Shown here one piece after another: positions 37,334 through 50,500 of a stretch of 64,000 nt of DNA. Below the pieces are notes generated by a model. That model made no database searches, was not told the DNA's origin, and was given only the letters and a program-made list of their open reading frames with translations. Positions within the stretch are counted from its first letter, which is position 1, and every line of letters starts with the position of its first letter. The translations under genes and the position numbers were made by a program. Origin of the DNA: Iphione sp. A-MEVVRFRX5. Taxonomy: Eukaryota. The stretch covers positions 44,020,001-44,084,000 of the forward strand of contig OZ320314.1 in assembly GCA_976226885.1 (NCBI GenBank). Reading direction: 5' to 3'.

Positions 37334-37999
37334 TCACGGCGACGATGACTGGCTCCTCCCTCTCCAGACTCCAATGCACCACACCAGGTATGCCTCGCGA
37401 CGGGTGATCGCTCCCCTCTGGACCACTTGTAGGAGCTGCTGCGTCTGCTCGTCGTTGTCTGCTGCCCTTCTTGCCTCGCGACGTCTCACGATGGTGTGCC
37501 GTAGGTCCTCGGGACCCAGCTCATTCAGTAGACTCGTCGTCCTACCCGGTTGGGCAGGGGGTAGCTGGTTGCAGTCCACTTCCTTGACCGGCGCCTCTAA
37601 CCGGCCCCACTGAGGGTCGGGGGACACTCGCCTACTGCCCTCTGGTGCAACTGGTTTCGTCTGTGACAACATCCATCTTCTCGGCTTCACTGGTTCCGTC
37701 AGCGACAGCCCGGTCAGCGGCAGGTTCAAAGGCTGTTCTCCCACCATAAGTTGCACACCTCTTGGGAGTTCGCGTTCGGTGATCTGTTGTGGTAGTTGAT
37801 GTTCCCGGCGCACTGTTAGCGAGTACGCGGGGCGTCCCAGCACTCCGGTGATGTACCTCGGTCGATTCCGTCGTCCCCAAAAACGCGAGAACAGCGGGCT
37901 TCGTCCTTGGACAAAGTATGATGAGTACACCACGTGTCGGTTAGCTGCTTCTGCTACCTCACTGATGAATGGTTGTCTCGGCGGCGAAGATGCCCACAT
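37334..37999 (-). CDS. Accessory ORF of unknown function between PBS and gag (221 aa from ATG; open from 38035)
   Basis: Stop-free Arg/Pro-rich frame in an otherwise decaying element; no motif recognised. Confidence 0.5.
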   Translation of the reverse strand: MWASSPPRQPFISEVAEAANRHVVYSSYFVQGRSPLFSRFWGRRNRPRYITGVLGRPAYSLTVRREHQLPQQITERELPRGVQLMVGEQPLNLPLTGLSLTEPVKPRRWMLSQTKPVAPEGSRRVSPDPQWGRLEAPVKEVDCNQLPPAQPGRTTSLLNELGPEDLRHTIVRRREARRAADNDEQTQQLLQVVQRGAITRREAYLVWCIGVWRGRSQSSSP

Positions 38000-38048
38000 A
38001 GGTGTTTCGGCATTACTTGTTGGTACATCTGGCAAAGCTCAGCGACTG

Positions 38049-38066
38049 ATCCTGGTCACGGCACCA
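38049..38066 (-). promoter_or_regulatory. Primer-binding site, tRNA-His type
   Basis: TGGTGCCGTGACCAGGAT matches 16/18 the complement of the eukaryotic tRNA-His 3' end as recalled (TGGTGCCGTGACTCGGAT); 11 nt from the LTR. Confidence 0.75.
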
Positions 38067-38077
38067 AAAGAGATGGG

Positions 38078-38653
38078 TGTAGCACAAAAGCAACACCACG
38101 AGTCAGGTTCGATGTCAGCCTTTTATTCTTCAGCTTCTCAGCACAGGTACAATAGTCATCAGCAGCAACCCGGGCGAGTCCGACTAACTTCTCGGACCGC
38201 CAACCTTATATACCGGACGAGCCGGATACAGTCATCCGTCAAATGTCAAACACATCTTGTTCGGACAAAGCGTCATTAAAGTTTTACTCTCTGACGTCAA
38301 TAGCACCTCGTATCCAGGGTAGCAGCAAAGCATTACCTTACACGCTATCTTGTTGTTGCGCCTGGACACCGTGTGAACAATCGTTACTTTAACGACAAGG
38401 CTCTGGTTACTGATAAGCGAAGAATTGCGAAGTAGGCGAAAGACAGACTACATCCTGTGTAGTACAAGTGAAAATTTTCTCAGTAGATATTAACACACTT
38501 CGCACAAGGCTTTACTTGTTATTCGTCTATCTTTACACTGTACAGACATTGTATTTTATTTCACAATATACATTCCGCAGAATACAATGTAACTCCCTTT
38601 TTACTTTATTCACTTAATAAGGATCACACAGACATTCTATAAACTGCGTTACA
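38078..38653 (-). repeat. 5' LTR (576 bp)
   Basis: Direct repeat of 24860-25413 with about 17 substitutions and one block giving a net 22-bp length difference. Confidence 0.95.
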
Positions 38654-40699
38654 AACCATTTATGATTATTTCTATTTTTCATATATCCCATGATGCATCA
38701 GATGTGCATCAGTGATGCTTATGCATATGTTGATACACTATTTTGCTCAGAACATGTTTACTAACAGGTTAAGATAAAATGTGTTCCAGATCACATACAG
38801 AAACAAATTAGATAACAAAACACTGGAAATCACTTCCTGAACACTTTCTTAAGAAACATTTTTTCTATGAGCAATATTTTGTAGTGTTTGCCACCAAGTA
38901 ATGTAAACTAATGTAAATCAAATGTAAAGTTCCTACGTCATACCCTACTTTAAATCCCATCTTGTTGCAATGGTAACCAAATATATCAAATAAACATATT
39001 TTCAAAATAACATGATAGGGCTAGGCACATGTCCATGGCACCATGAAGGGCCCCTGGAAATTCGCAGTTACTTTATGTTGGGGCTGCTGCACTGTGATTG
39101 GTCTCCATAGAGTTACACTCTAATCTACTACTGATTTTCTCTTGGTTAAAAACATTCTATGTAGTTCTGGCTGGATATCAAGAATACAATTGTTTCCATG
39201 CTGGAATCAGGCCGTGCCTGGTCTAGTTACATGACAGTTATTCGACTAAAATGTATCTAAAATATAGGTCATGTGACCAATAAACATACTTGACACAGGG
39301 ACTGCTTCTGGTACTTAGTTTATTGAATCCACTCACAAATTACCCTATCGTTCTTTGAAGGGTCCACAATTTGCTCCGGGAATTAAAATGGCATTCAGTT
39401 TTCCATTAAAATGTCATGGATATATATATGTGTCAATCCTGAAAGACATACATCGTAGCATTTCTGCCTGTCCTAAAACCATCTCCCTTATGTCAGAGAT
39501 ATATTACTGCCCCCCTTTTTATCCTATCTACTAGTAAATGATTATGAATATCCCCATATTCAAGATTCAAGCATAAAATAAAGTATAAAATTCTATTGTA
39601 ATGGAGTTGTCATTAATCCGGACTGACCTGAAGGGGGTTTTCTCTCTTAAAGGAAGACAGCGTGTCTGTATTTCATAAGTGTCTTCACCAATCCCCATGC
39701 ATTTCCCTACGGTCTCCACCTGTTTCCTATACTTTCCACACATTTGTTCAAGTGTTGGGTAATGGGGGAACTATACTTTGCACACATTTGTTCAAGTGTT
39801 GGGTAATGGGGGAACTCGTTCGAATGATAGGGGAATATTTGGTTCATGGGGGAAATTGTCTACATAACAAGGAAATGTGGCTAGATGATGGGGAGAATGT
39901 GTTCAGTTAACAGTGAAAGCTAGTTGGATATTGACGACGGATGTATTAAAAAATCAGTGGGGTGTTTGGATAGGAGGGGGATGCATTCAAATTAATGGGG
40001 AAAGCAGTTTGGTTAACAAGTGGTTAACAAGTAAAATGTTCAGCTAAGTAGAAAGGGGTTCACTTGACAAGGCATGGGTCTGAGGGAACGCGTTACTTGA
40101 AAGAGGGGAGGCATTTGGACAATGGCGGAATGTAACTAGATAATGTGGACTTGTTTCCAAAGGTGGGGGGATTCAGTAAATAGGGGAGGTGTTAGGCTGA
40201 CAAGGAAAGGTTCAGTGGATCATGGAGGGGTTGGTCGGTGAGGTCTCGGCTTGGTTAAGAGGGAGGGGTTTGGTTACCCAGGGAAAATTTGGTTTGTGAA
40301 GATAGGGCACCCAAGTATGAAGACCTTCCTTTTGTCTCTGCTGGGTGTGAAAACTCCGTTCATGCCTCTCTTACCGCCCGGTGATGCCCAACATTAGCAC
40401 TTGTAAGATATCCAGCTTTGTAGTCTCGCTCCGTGCCTGTCTCTCCAACTTTGAACTCTCTCGGGCTCTGTTTGCCAAGTTAAACACCCTCCATTTATAT
40501 TTATATATATTTATGACTGACAGGCAAAGTCCAATGATACAACTCAAGAATTGCACCGTTTGAAATTTCTCCGTACCCATTTTAGTCTTTTAGTGTATCT
40601 ATTTGTGTATATATCTGGCAAGTAAAAAGATGTGCACGAGTCTGTTGGGAATAAGGGGGGGATTACTTCTCCATTATATTTGACAGTGTCGCTTTCGTC

Positions 40700-41300
40700 T
40701 GACAACGTTTTCATTCAAGCAGGGAAACTATAATCATTGGGTGTGAATTTTTGTGTTATGGAGACAGTGATAACAACAAAACTTGTTCCACTCCTGGGCA
40801 CATATAGTCAGTATGTAGTTTTTCACTGTAGAGAGGGGGACATTGATGTGTTCTATCACATCACTGCTTTGTTAGTGATTGACCCATTACCAAAGCCGGA
40901 TGCAAAAATATGTTCTGCCATTTGGGCAGGGTGTGGCCTGTTGCCTTAATGACAGCCAGTCAGCACATAGGGCAGGATAAAGCTCCCTCAGCAAAGTATT
41001 CTGCATGTGACCAATGTGTCAAAGGCAATCATTTCACGTTCGATCTCCGCCCAGTCAAGAAAAACTTTACTAGGTAGTAGAAAATGGTTTGGGATATGTA
41101 TAGGTAACATATGAAGGACCATTCTATCAAAGCTTGATGTTTCTGTACAGAACTTGCAAATCTGGAATAGTTGAAACATAGGGCTGTTAAGGTAGGATTC
41201 ATGCCAGACTGTCACTGGAATGCTGAGGGTACTTGTAGTCATCTTTGCACCCAAAGTCTTGTGTGAGGCAATGGGCTCTACTCAGGTACAGTCCAGCTAG
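40700..41300 (-). mobile_element. Possible heavily decayed RNase H-bearing LINE fragment
   Basis: Broken frames ..HPGFGNG..KAV..PLSTVKNYI..QEWNKF resemble the 'GH.GI.GNE.AD..AK..P.S..K..I..W..W' tract; weak. Confidence 0.3.
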
Positions 41301-44300
41301 AATATAGAAATCGATTGATCTTCACGTTACAGTGGCCTGGATCAGGGCATTCAAGGCTGTTCAGATGTCAAAGATTGAGTACTATTTTTAAGTGGGCTTG
41401 GCTGAACTCGGACATTGAGTTGGGCATCTATCTATGACAATATTGATTTATCTTACATGAAAAAGCTAATTTATATATTTATATAAATATATAGATGTTG
41501 ACCAGGTGGTTAAATTATAGGTAAATTATGGTTAAAATCGTATAAGTTTTCTAGTTAAAAGCCGACATCGACCTGATACTATTGGAATCACTATATAATA
41601 GCTCGATACTATTTATTAACACCTGTTGGATGTTACTTGACTGTATTTTGAAATTGTATTAGAATTATTATGGTTACATATACACCAATCTGTATACATA
41701 TTACTAGAATAAAGAACGTTTAATAATAATATAGTTGAAGACTGTGGTGACCGTACTCATATCCTAGATTACTTTCATGAAAGAGGTACTAGTCCTCATG
41801 ACTCAGGATAAAAGCACAGCGGGCTCTTCAGCTGACCAACTCTCTGACACAGTTAACTGAAGATGGTTCCCTATCAGAGGATCCTGAAAAACTACAAAAT
41901 CAATCTGGAGGTAGATGAATTCAGAGGCAGAAAGGGAGCAGGATTCTCATCCCCATGTCTCACACATAACTAATGTGATGGATCTTCGTGTTTTGAGAAT
42001 GTCTCGACACATTAGTTCAGAAGGGATGATGCATAGAACGCAACGGACAAGCAGTCTAAGATGATTTCAAATGGGTATAGTCATGTCATTTACCATCGCC
42101 AGGGAACCATATAAATCCAGTTTGCCTCTTCTGATTCCAATCACAAAATGACTGGTGGCGTTAAATATAAACAGAGCGGATTATACTTGTATATAAGCCG
42201 CCTTCTCCCCAGGGGCCAAACTTTGCAACGGTGCAAATCATTTTCGAACAATAGGGTATGTTAGGGAGTAGATTATCACCTGACAGTTTTATCAGGTATG
42301 AAAGAAATACGGTTCATAAAAGGCAGACAGTTCGGATAACTTACTACACATTAAAATGTTATAAATCACAATTCCTCAATTAAACACTTTCCCGAACATG
42401 TAGTATTTGTCGTTTTCCTTAAATTTACGTCAGTTCAGTCCGAATTCCACCTAAAATATACATTTACCTGTTACTGCTATTGTAAGGACGTCATCTTTAT
42501 TTAAAATATGTATGCACTACGGACACACAGAGCAGCATAGTTTCCATGCGCCAGTAACAAATAACTTTCCTCTTAGAGGTGATATACATCCCTTGTAACG
42601 TCTTTTTCGCAATGAATTACTGTTAAATGACACTGAATTATATTATTTCTGTGGCCTTAAAGCTGGACAGGGTTGGTGTCGGCGGGAATTTCCTATGCCA
42701 TTGTGTCATCAGACACATACAAACAAGCATCAATAATTCCGCTAGAGACAGAAGAAGAAAAACAGGAAATCCCCAGATCAGCGGTCACTGTGACGTCACT
42801 GCAGGGGAGGGTCGCCCAGAAGCCGGAGATCTGCTGTTTGTCCACATCACCCTGGGTTCCTTTCGAAATGCGCTGTTCGTAAATAAATAACTGCCTGATG
42901 ACGGCCCGTCAGAGGGCCGAAAGCTCGCACAAAAGTTGCACACGGTTATTTTGATTAAAGCCACCTTGTTGTTGGAATCTGGTGTCAGTCATATTTTCTA
43001 TTAGTCTGCTATGTAAATAGTTACCAATGGGTCCATTATCGTTGCTATCCAATTTCATGTATACAATTCAGACTTGTCAAATGAAAAAAAAGCGACACTT
43101 TTTTGCACAACAAGCAATAATTTATTTAGTTATCTGGTTATTGCCCGAGTGGTAGTGACAGACAGAGAGACGATCTGGTCTCTCTGGTAGGGTGCAGCAC
43201 CATCAAGGACATCATCTAGATGTGTATTGTCCTACTAACGCTAGGCGTACGGGGTTGGGTGGGTTGGAGGCGGCGGGGCTGGGGGGCTGGGGGGCAATTA
43301 AAAGATTACTGATCCGTCTTCAAGAACGTAGACTGTACACTATGGTTGACAATGTGAATTGATGGGTAACTGACAGGGAACATCCTCTACACCAGTCCGT
43401 AACAACATGTACAGTGATCTAGTCTTTAATGACGGAGCCCTACTTCATTCTAGTGTAGAATGACATCACAATACAACACTGTATTGTATACCAAGAAACG
43501 TGTTATATTGCCTAGAGGAGTAAAACTTAAGGTACCGTCTGGCAAACATCCTCCTCCACTACCGTGAGACACATGGACTGTTAATATATACATATACCTG
43601 TACTTGTCACATACATTCGCCGAGTCCTCGTCAGATCTACTGTAAATGTCGGATTTTACCCAGACATGGCCAGACCTACATCGTTTTAGTCCGAGAACAC
43701 TGGGATGAGAAACAGGACGAAGTCGTTGAGTAAGAAAGTTGAGTAAGCAGAGCCCACACTTGTATGTAGTTAAAGTCTATCTGTCCTTGTACACATGGAT
43801 ACGTTATTTTGAATCCGATGTCGACGGAAATATTTGGTGTGGTTAGAACTTAACGTCTGGCTCAAGGCGCACGACCCTAACATTGTTTCAAAGCATTTAA
43901 TAAAAGTATAATTCCTTATACAGTGTTAGTCTAATTTCTCATCACAGACGCGGTGTTGTGTGATAATAAATGTTACTCATGTACTTGTATAGACATATAC
44001 AACATAATACACACTGAGCATAAAAAGGACCTATAATAAAAAGGAAATGAGCGTCACTTTAGACGATGGAAAGCTTCAACTGTAAACAAAACGTCGGCTG
44101 TGAAATGGGCAGCGTATTCGGGACGCGGTAGAAATGGTTACAACCATTACTGCTTATCCTTAAGATAAAGTAAGAACGTACCACACTGCCAAACCGAAAT
44201 GAAAGACTCCATGGAAATGACATTCTTACGGTGATAATTATTATCAATACTGATATTTGCTAATATGTGAGACACTCTTAAACGCCAAAGGAAATAAGCA

Positions 44301-44508
44301 GCAAAGGTGAATAAAAAAAGAAGTGGGAGAGTGATCATGAGATTTTGTTTCGAATACAGTTGTTCTTGGCCGCTGTTGTGCGGGCGGTACTAGTTAAGAG
44401 AGAGAGGGGGGGGGGGGAGTTTTTTTTGGGGGGGTGAGGTGGGGGAGAAGGGAGGTTGTACCGGCCGCACCACCTTCTCGCCGTCGCTTTCGTCGCTGCT
44501 GCCGTCGT

Positions 44509-47500
44509 TTAGGGCTGGCTGGTCCGCACGACGAAGATATCCTCATCAGGGTTGTCGGGTATGGTGATGACGCGGCACGTGTTGGTGAAGCCGGCGCCTG
44601 ACCGCCAGCCCGTCACCACCACCACCGACGAGCCGCCCTCCACCATGCCACGCGACTTGGCCGACTGGATGGCGAACTCAATACGCTTGTCCATGTCGTC
44701 CACCCACTCAGGCGCACGGTCCTCTGGAAAAGGGAGGAGACGGACCGCGTTAGTGGGTAGAATGTGATTAGTCATGATAGCCAACACCCAAAACTAGACT
44801 AGATACATGGGTTGACCTCTCCCGTTTAGTAGCGTCAAGGTCGTCAGGAAACACTTCACGGAAACATTTTTTATAAACCTAAGTTAACACCTGCATAATC
44901 TACTTGTGATAGATAATGATGAGCACCTTATAGCTGTCCACGTCATTTAATGCCCCCATCTACGAAATGTAGCCATGTTTCCATGTACATTACAACGTAC
45001 GTGATCCTGTATTTTAGTCACAGACCAGGGATGTACAAGACAGAAACGCACCAGAGCAAGAAGAGGAAGCAGTAATTCACACAGGAACAGGTCACAAAAC
45101 TAAGAACAGTAGCTGAGCAGAGCGTCAACACACTCACCAATATATTTAAATAATTGTACATTTAATGAAAAACAATATGGTGGAGGTGTACATATATGTA
45201 TGTATTGGGCAACGACAGGTCACTTATTTATGTTAATAAAAATGAATTACTTAATCACACCACCGAGGAAACGAATACTGTAGAATTCATTTGTGTTTAT
45301 GGATGGCGGGTTTGTACCGTAAATTCGTTTGGTATCGGGGCGAATTTTTCAGGAACGTTGGAACTGTAAACATGGGAGTGAACTAAAAATTGGCGAGGCA
45401 CGAGGACGATGGAACGAAGCACCTCTTTGAATGTTTCAGACAGAAAAATTGTGCAGAGCCGACTTCTGGAATGTCCTGCTTACATCGACTCTATCGACAC
45501 CTGGCGGCCAGTGACAAAGGGCGCCACCTGGCAACAAAATTCCAACTTCAGCACAGCTTGCTTATCTGCTTGCCAATTTAACAATTTTAACTTCACAAAT
45601 TAAAATGCAATGTACAGTGCATAATTCAAACTTATTTTGGGTTTCGGAATGAGTTTTTTTTACTATTTATTTAATGAGCGGGATTCTATGGTTCCTGACT
45701 AAATAATGCAAAGGAAACCGTAGAAACCCCGCAGGTAAGGCATGTCAGCCCACCTTTACAGACTGTGAATTGTAAGTAAACAGGCAGCCTTTGACAGCTG
45801 TGGTACACAATACTTAGGTTTAAATCACCCATAACATTATCTTTTTAAACGGTGAATCTACTTTGAGCCAAAGCTGAGTTGATACCATTAACAAATGTGT
45901 ATGCAAAATTTATATGCATTCTTCCCTCCGACAGTACATTGTACCTGAGATTAAATAACCCTGACACTATTGATATACAGATTTTGTTGGACATTTTGTG
46001 GAGATAAAGATATTCAAATATGTATCGGCGGCAAAGTTTCAACTTTGAAAGTGCTAGCTATACACATGATAAAAAAAATTACCGAATAGAAAGCAAAAAA
46101 AATATCTTTCTGCTAAAAAATAATCTAAATGGTTAACATGAATCGTCAAATAATTTCAAAGAACGTCATGAGAACACATTGGGAATATCTGTAGTCAAAA
46201 CACGTTGAATGAGTACCACTGGTTCACAGTTACGTATATTGGTGGCGGGAATGCGAAAAGAACCTGTAGTATTTTGGTGGTACATTTTGTAACTGGTGAA
46301 AACATACGGGAGTAGTCATCATTCACCTCAGTGTGAGAGCTTTTCATCGGAGGAACAAATTCCTACGTCTCGACCTACAGATGTTAAATGCACGACAGTT
46401 TTTAGTGCACGGCAAACCTAACATTACAATACCCACTATGGGTATCCTACAGCATTAATGTACGAGCGCATCTAGTTCGGGAACGGGCGCCTTTGTCAAG
46501 AGAGCAGTTACATGGACATCTCGTGCTAGGTTTGTATACTAGATACACGGTGGCTTTGGGGCCCATTTCGTTGGTAGGTCTCGATAAATTTGTGAAAAGT
46601 CAGCGGTCAGCGCTTCATAACGCGAGAATGATACGAGCTACTGGTGCAACACATCCAACTATTTATCAATCATTAGTTCCCTGATTTAACTAACGCACGC
46701 ACACACCAACACACCCAAACACACGAGGCACTGGACCCTATCTGAGGGCAACGAGCTACCTAGTGGGCCGGGCGATAACCATGGCAACAGGCCACACGCA
46801 GGGCGGCGTGGTCTTAACATGCGAGGCCGTCCCCCCCGCCTTCCTTTCCCCACCCCCAAAAAGAAAACATGGCAAAAAGCATAAGTTGTGAAAATTGAAC
46901 TGATTACAAATCAAATTAACTAGAATTGTGCATCGCATATATAGAAAAAAAACGGACTCAATAAATGAAAAAAAATGCAGTATAGATTCTTGGCATTAAA
47001 CTGATCAAATACCAGCGCTCACCATGATTTTAAGAAAGAAAAACAGAGAAACTAATAATAAAGCTAACATATCAATCAGAATCTGTCAATGCAATTAAGC
47101 CAAGCTGACGTTGGAAATAGGCTCATAGTTCTCATTTATAATAATAACTTTTTTCTAGCATCCAACACACAGAGTATCGACCATTGTTGAAAAATAAAAT
47201 GTTTGAAAATAAAGTCTACTGTCGTGTTAAGCTGACTTTTAAAATATGCTTTCCCTTTTTTTCACCCGTCACTTAATTGTACGACACGGCGCTGACTGGC
47301 AGGCGCTGGCCCCAGTCCAGCTCTCCTGATTACACTGGCCAGTGTCTACCCAGCAAATTGGCCAGCTGAGGAGAGGAGGGGTCCAGCCTCTCTACTGGCC
47401 AGTGGTCACAGATGGGCGGGTCGGGAGACCACCATCGTTTTGTCCCATGATTTCATTTTTATGTGTAGGATGCAGTTGTGGTGGACGAACACAGGAGAAG

Positions 47501-50500
47501 GCGGCTGGAGATAGGGGGGCAGGGGATGAGGAAGCAAGTGGGGAGGAGGGAGGGGGCAGTGACTGGGCCGCACAGGTTGATGACGCTGATAGTGAACTAT
47601 GCGCCACTGCCTACCTGTTCAGGTGGTTTGTTCCTGTGGGTGGGTGTGCATATATATATATATTTAGGAAGTAGTGAGCAGCTGGGTGGCTTAGCTGTGG
47701 GCGTGGACAGTCTCTATCAGTGGTAGACCAGCTCCCCTCCTCGTCGTAAGGATGGAGCGATCGCTACTGGGGACCCTTCTCCTTACTTGTCTGTGGCTGG
47801 ATGCTACTGCTGCTGCTTATCAAGGGATAGTTCACGGTGAGTGTCAAATGTAAACACACATTTATACTTATCAGGGAATGGTTCATGGCAAATCTGACAC
47901 TCTCCAAATAAATAGTTTATTTTTACATATCTTCGAGACTGTATCATTGACATCTATGGATGCCAACTAAATATGACTTCAGGGCCAATGCTGATTGTAT
48001 GGAAAATATTATTTTAAAAATACAGCGAAACGAATCGAAATGGTACATTTCTTTAATGCACTGAACGTGATATAAACTAATATGTACATCGTCAACCCTT
48101 GATGTTTGAAGCACTCTCTAAAAACCTGAAATATCACAGTATTTTAAATTCTAAAAGACAACGGTAGTTCACTCACATTGTTCCAGACTAAACATCAACG
48201 CTACACATCTTATTCAAATGGCCGTGCTTACCATCTTAATTCTGCCTTCAAAGACACCTAGTTTCAGACATGACAAACGTAACATTTTGGGCCACCACAA
48301 TTTCATGTGTTTTTTTTTATACTTCTGCATATAACTCACTTCTGAAATATTAGAAGTGTATGAATGAAAATGGTCACTTGCACGGAATGTTCTAAACATT
48401 CTGATAATGCATAGGTTCCACACAGGGAAGGGCACTGTATTACAGTAATGCCATAAAACAGGAAAATGTGAATTGTGCAGCAAATATAATTTAAGTAATA
48501 ATCACAAACAGATTTGTACAGAAAGGGAGAATGAAAAGTTGCCCAGACCAGTCTGTGTTCCCCTGCTAATCTACACAGCTCATAGCTCTGCTAATGTGTG
48601 ATGAAATTCATCAAACATAATGACTAAAGAGAAATGAAATGATTTAGAGATGAAAACAAGAAGACTGGGGCAGTCCATATGAGAAAAAGAGGGCCAAGAC
48701 ATCTATGTGATAATAATAGTAAAAAAAACAGAACAGTCTTGGGTAGAAAAAGAGGACTGAGGTAGTCTCTATGCAAGAACAAGAGGACTGGGCAATGTAT
48801 GTGCAGTCTGTGAGAGAAAAAGGAGGACTGAGGTAGTCTATGTGAGAACAAAAGGACCAGGGCAGTCTATGCAAGAACAAGAGGACTGGGCAATGTATGT
48901 GCAGTCTGTGAGAGAAAAAGTAGGACTGAGGTAGTCTATGTGAGAACAAAAGGACCAGGACAGTCTGCGAGAACAGGGGACTAGGCAGTCTATTTGCAGT
49001 CTGTGAGAACTAAAGGACAGGAGCAGTCTTTGAGAGAATACAAGGACTGGGGTAGTCTATGTGAGAACAAAAAGAATGAGGTAGTGTATGTGAGAACAAG
49101 GACTGAGGCAGTCTTTTTTTTTTATTTCATTAATTTATACAAAAAGACTTCAGTGAGAACCCTGGTTTTTGGCCTGCTGATGGTGACAATATTGGATACA
49201 TTTATAAACATATGTCATCTTATTGTGTTGGTTACATTGAATGAAATTTAATGTGTGACACATAGAGAACAAATATAGAAAGGTGCTGTATACATTGTTG
49301 GATACATTGTTATTGGTCTATTATCATATGATAATGTTAATGAATGTGGGAACAAGAGGGCTGGTGCAGTCTATTGCCCAGTTTCTAGGACGTTTTACTT
49401 ACTGGAGTTCAGATCGGAGTTAAGTCTGGAGTTAACTCCGGTTTGGTGGATATTGCCTCTTGAAAATTTTAAGCAGATTTTTTTTTTTTTAACATCAAAA
49501 GTTCTTTAGAACTACACAATAGTTATACAGAAATGGTACAGTGTATATGGGAAGTGGTTATAAAAGTTTCTTTTTTATTTTTATTCTAAACGAGCACACT
49601 GGTGACTGTTTACTTTTTGTCAGACTGGTACCCATGCCCTCAGTTCATAGTATTGTGAGGGATGAGCTGAATGACAGGTTACCAGTCTAAATGATATTTT
49701 AAGACGTCTTTATCCTGTACACATATATATAGGGATGGCATAAATGTCACTTTGCTCTAATGACATGATTCCAGATGTAATGGGTAGGAATAACAACACT
49801 TTTACTACTTATCTAGGTTGTAACTGGGTTCACACTCTGAAAATGACAAAAAACAGGGTTAACCCCACAAATTTGGGGAGTTAAGTTGATCTGGATTAAC
49901 TCCGAAAAGGTACATCCTGGAACCAGGTTTAACATCCTAGAAACTGGGCATATGTGAGAACAAGACGACCAGGGCAGTCTTTGTGAAGTCTATGTGCGAA
50001 CAAGAGGACCAGGGCACTCTATGTGCAGTGTAGGTAAAATCCTGAGGACCAGGATAGGGGCACTCTTTGAGAAAACAAGGATGAAGGTACTCTCTGTGAG
50101 AACAAAGTCGCTTTGGCAGTCTGTATTCTACTGTGTGAACACAACTGAAAGAAATTACTGTACCATGACAATGCTTGATTAGACCTTCACAGGTAGCAAT
50201 AGGACTGAATTTCTTTATTTTCCTTTTCCTTTCCATAAGCTTGAATTGTCTGAAATCTTACAATAGGTGACCAATGAGAAACTGAGAGTATATAAATTAA
50301 TTAGACCCACAAATTCATAATGCTGGCTGGAGGGCTGGACAGCAGCATTCTTAGTTTCTCTCAACTGATTGGGGGAACATGGAGGACAGTAGCTCTGCTT
50401 TGTACCGTGAAACGGATCTAACTGCGCCAAAACTTAGGCTGTAGTGAGCTTCGACAGAGGGAAGGGTACAGTGAAAACTTTATCGCGTTGGATGAATATA

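Larger units (their letters stand above)
24860..38653 (-). mobile_element. Ty3/Gypsy LTR retrotransposon carrying an F-type env (endogenous retrovirus-like), integrase absent, two nested insertions
   Basis: Paired TG..CA LTRs, PBS, PPT, gag with two CCHC knuckles, DTGA protease, YIDD RT, RNase H, env with furin site, fusion peptide and TM. Flanks AATC (24856-59) / AACC (38654-57) may be a 4-bp TSD with one mismatch. Confidence 0.95.

Noticed and set aside
39730-40330. G-rich strand-biased tract with a roughly 35-bp duplication
   Set aside because: Looks like ordinary degenerate minisatellite or low-complexity DNA; no coding or structural support.
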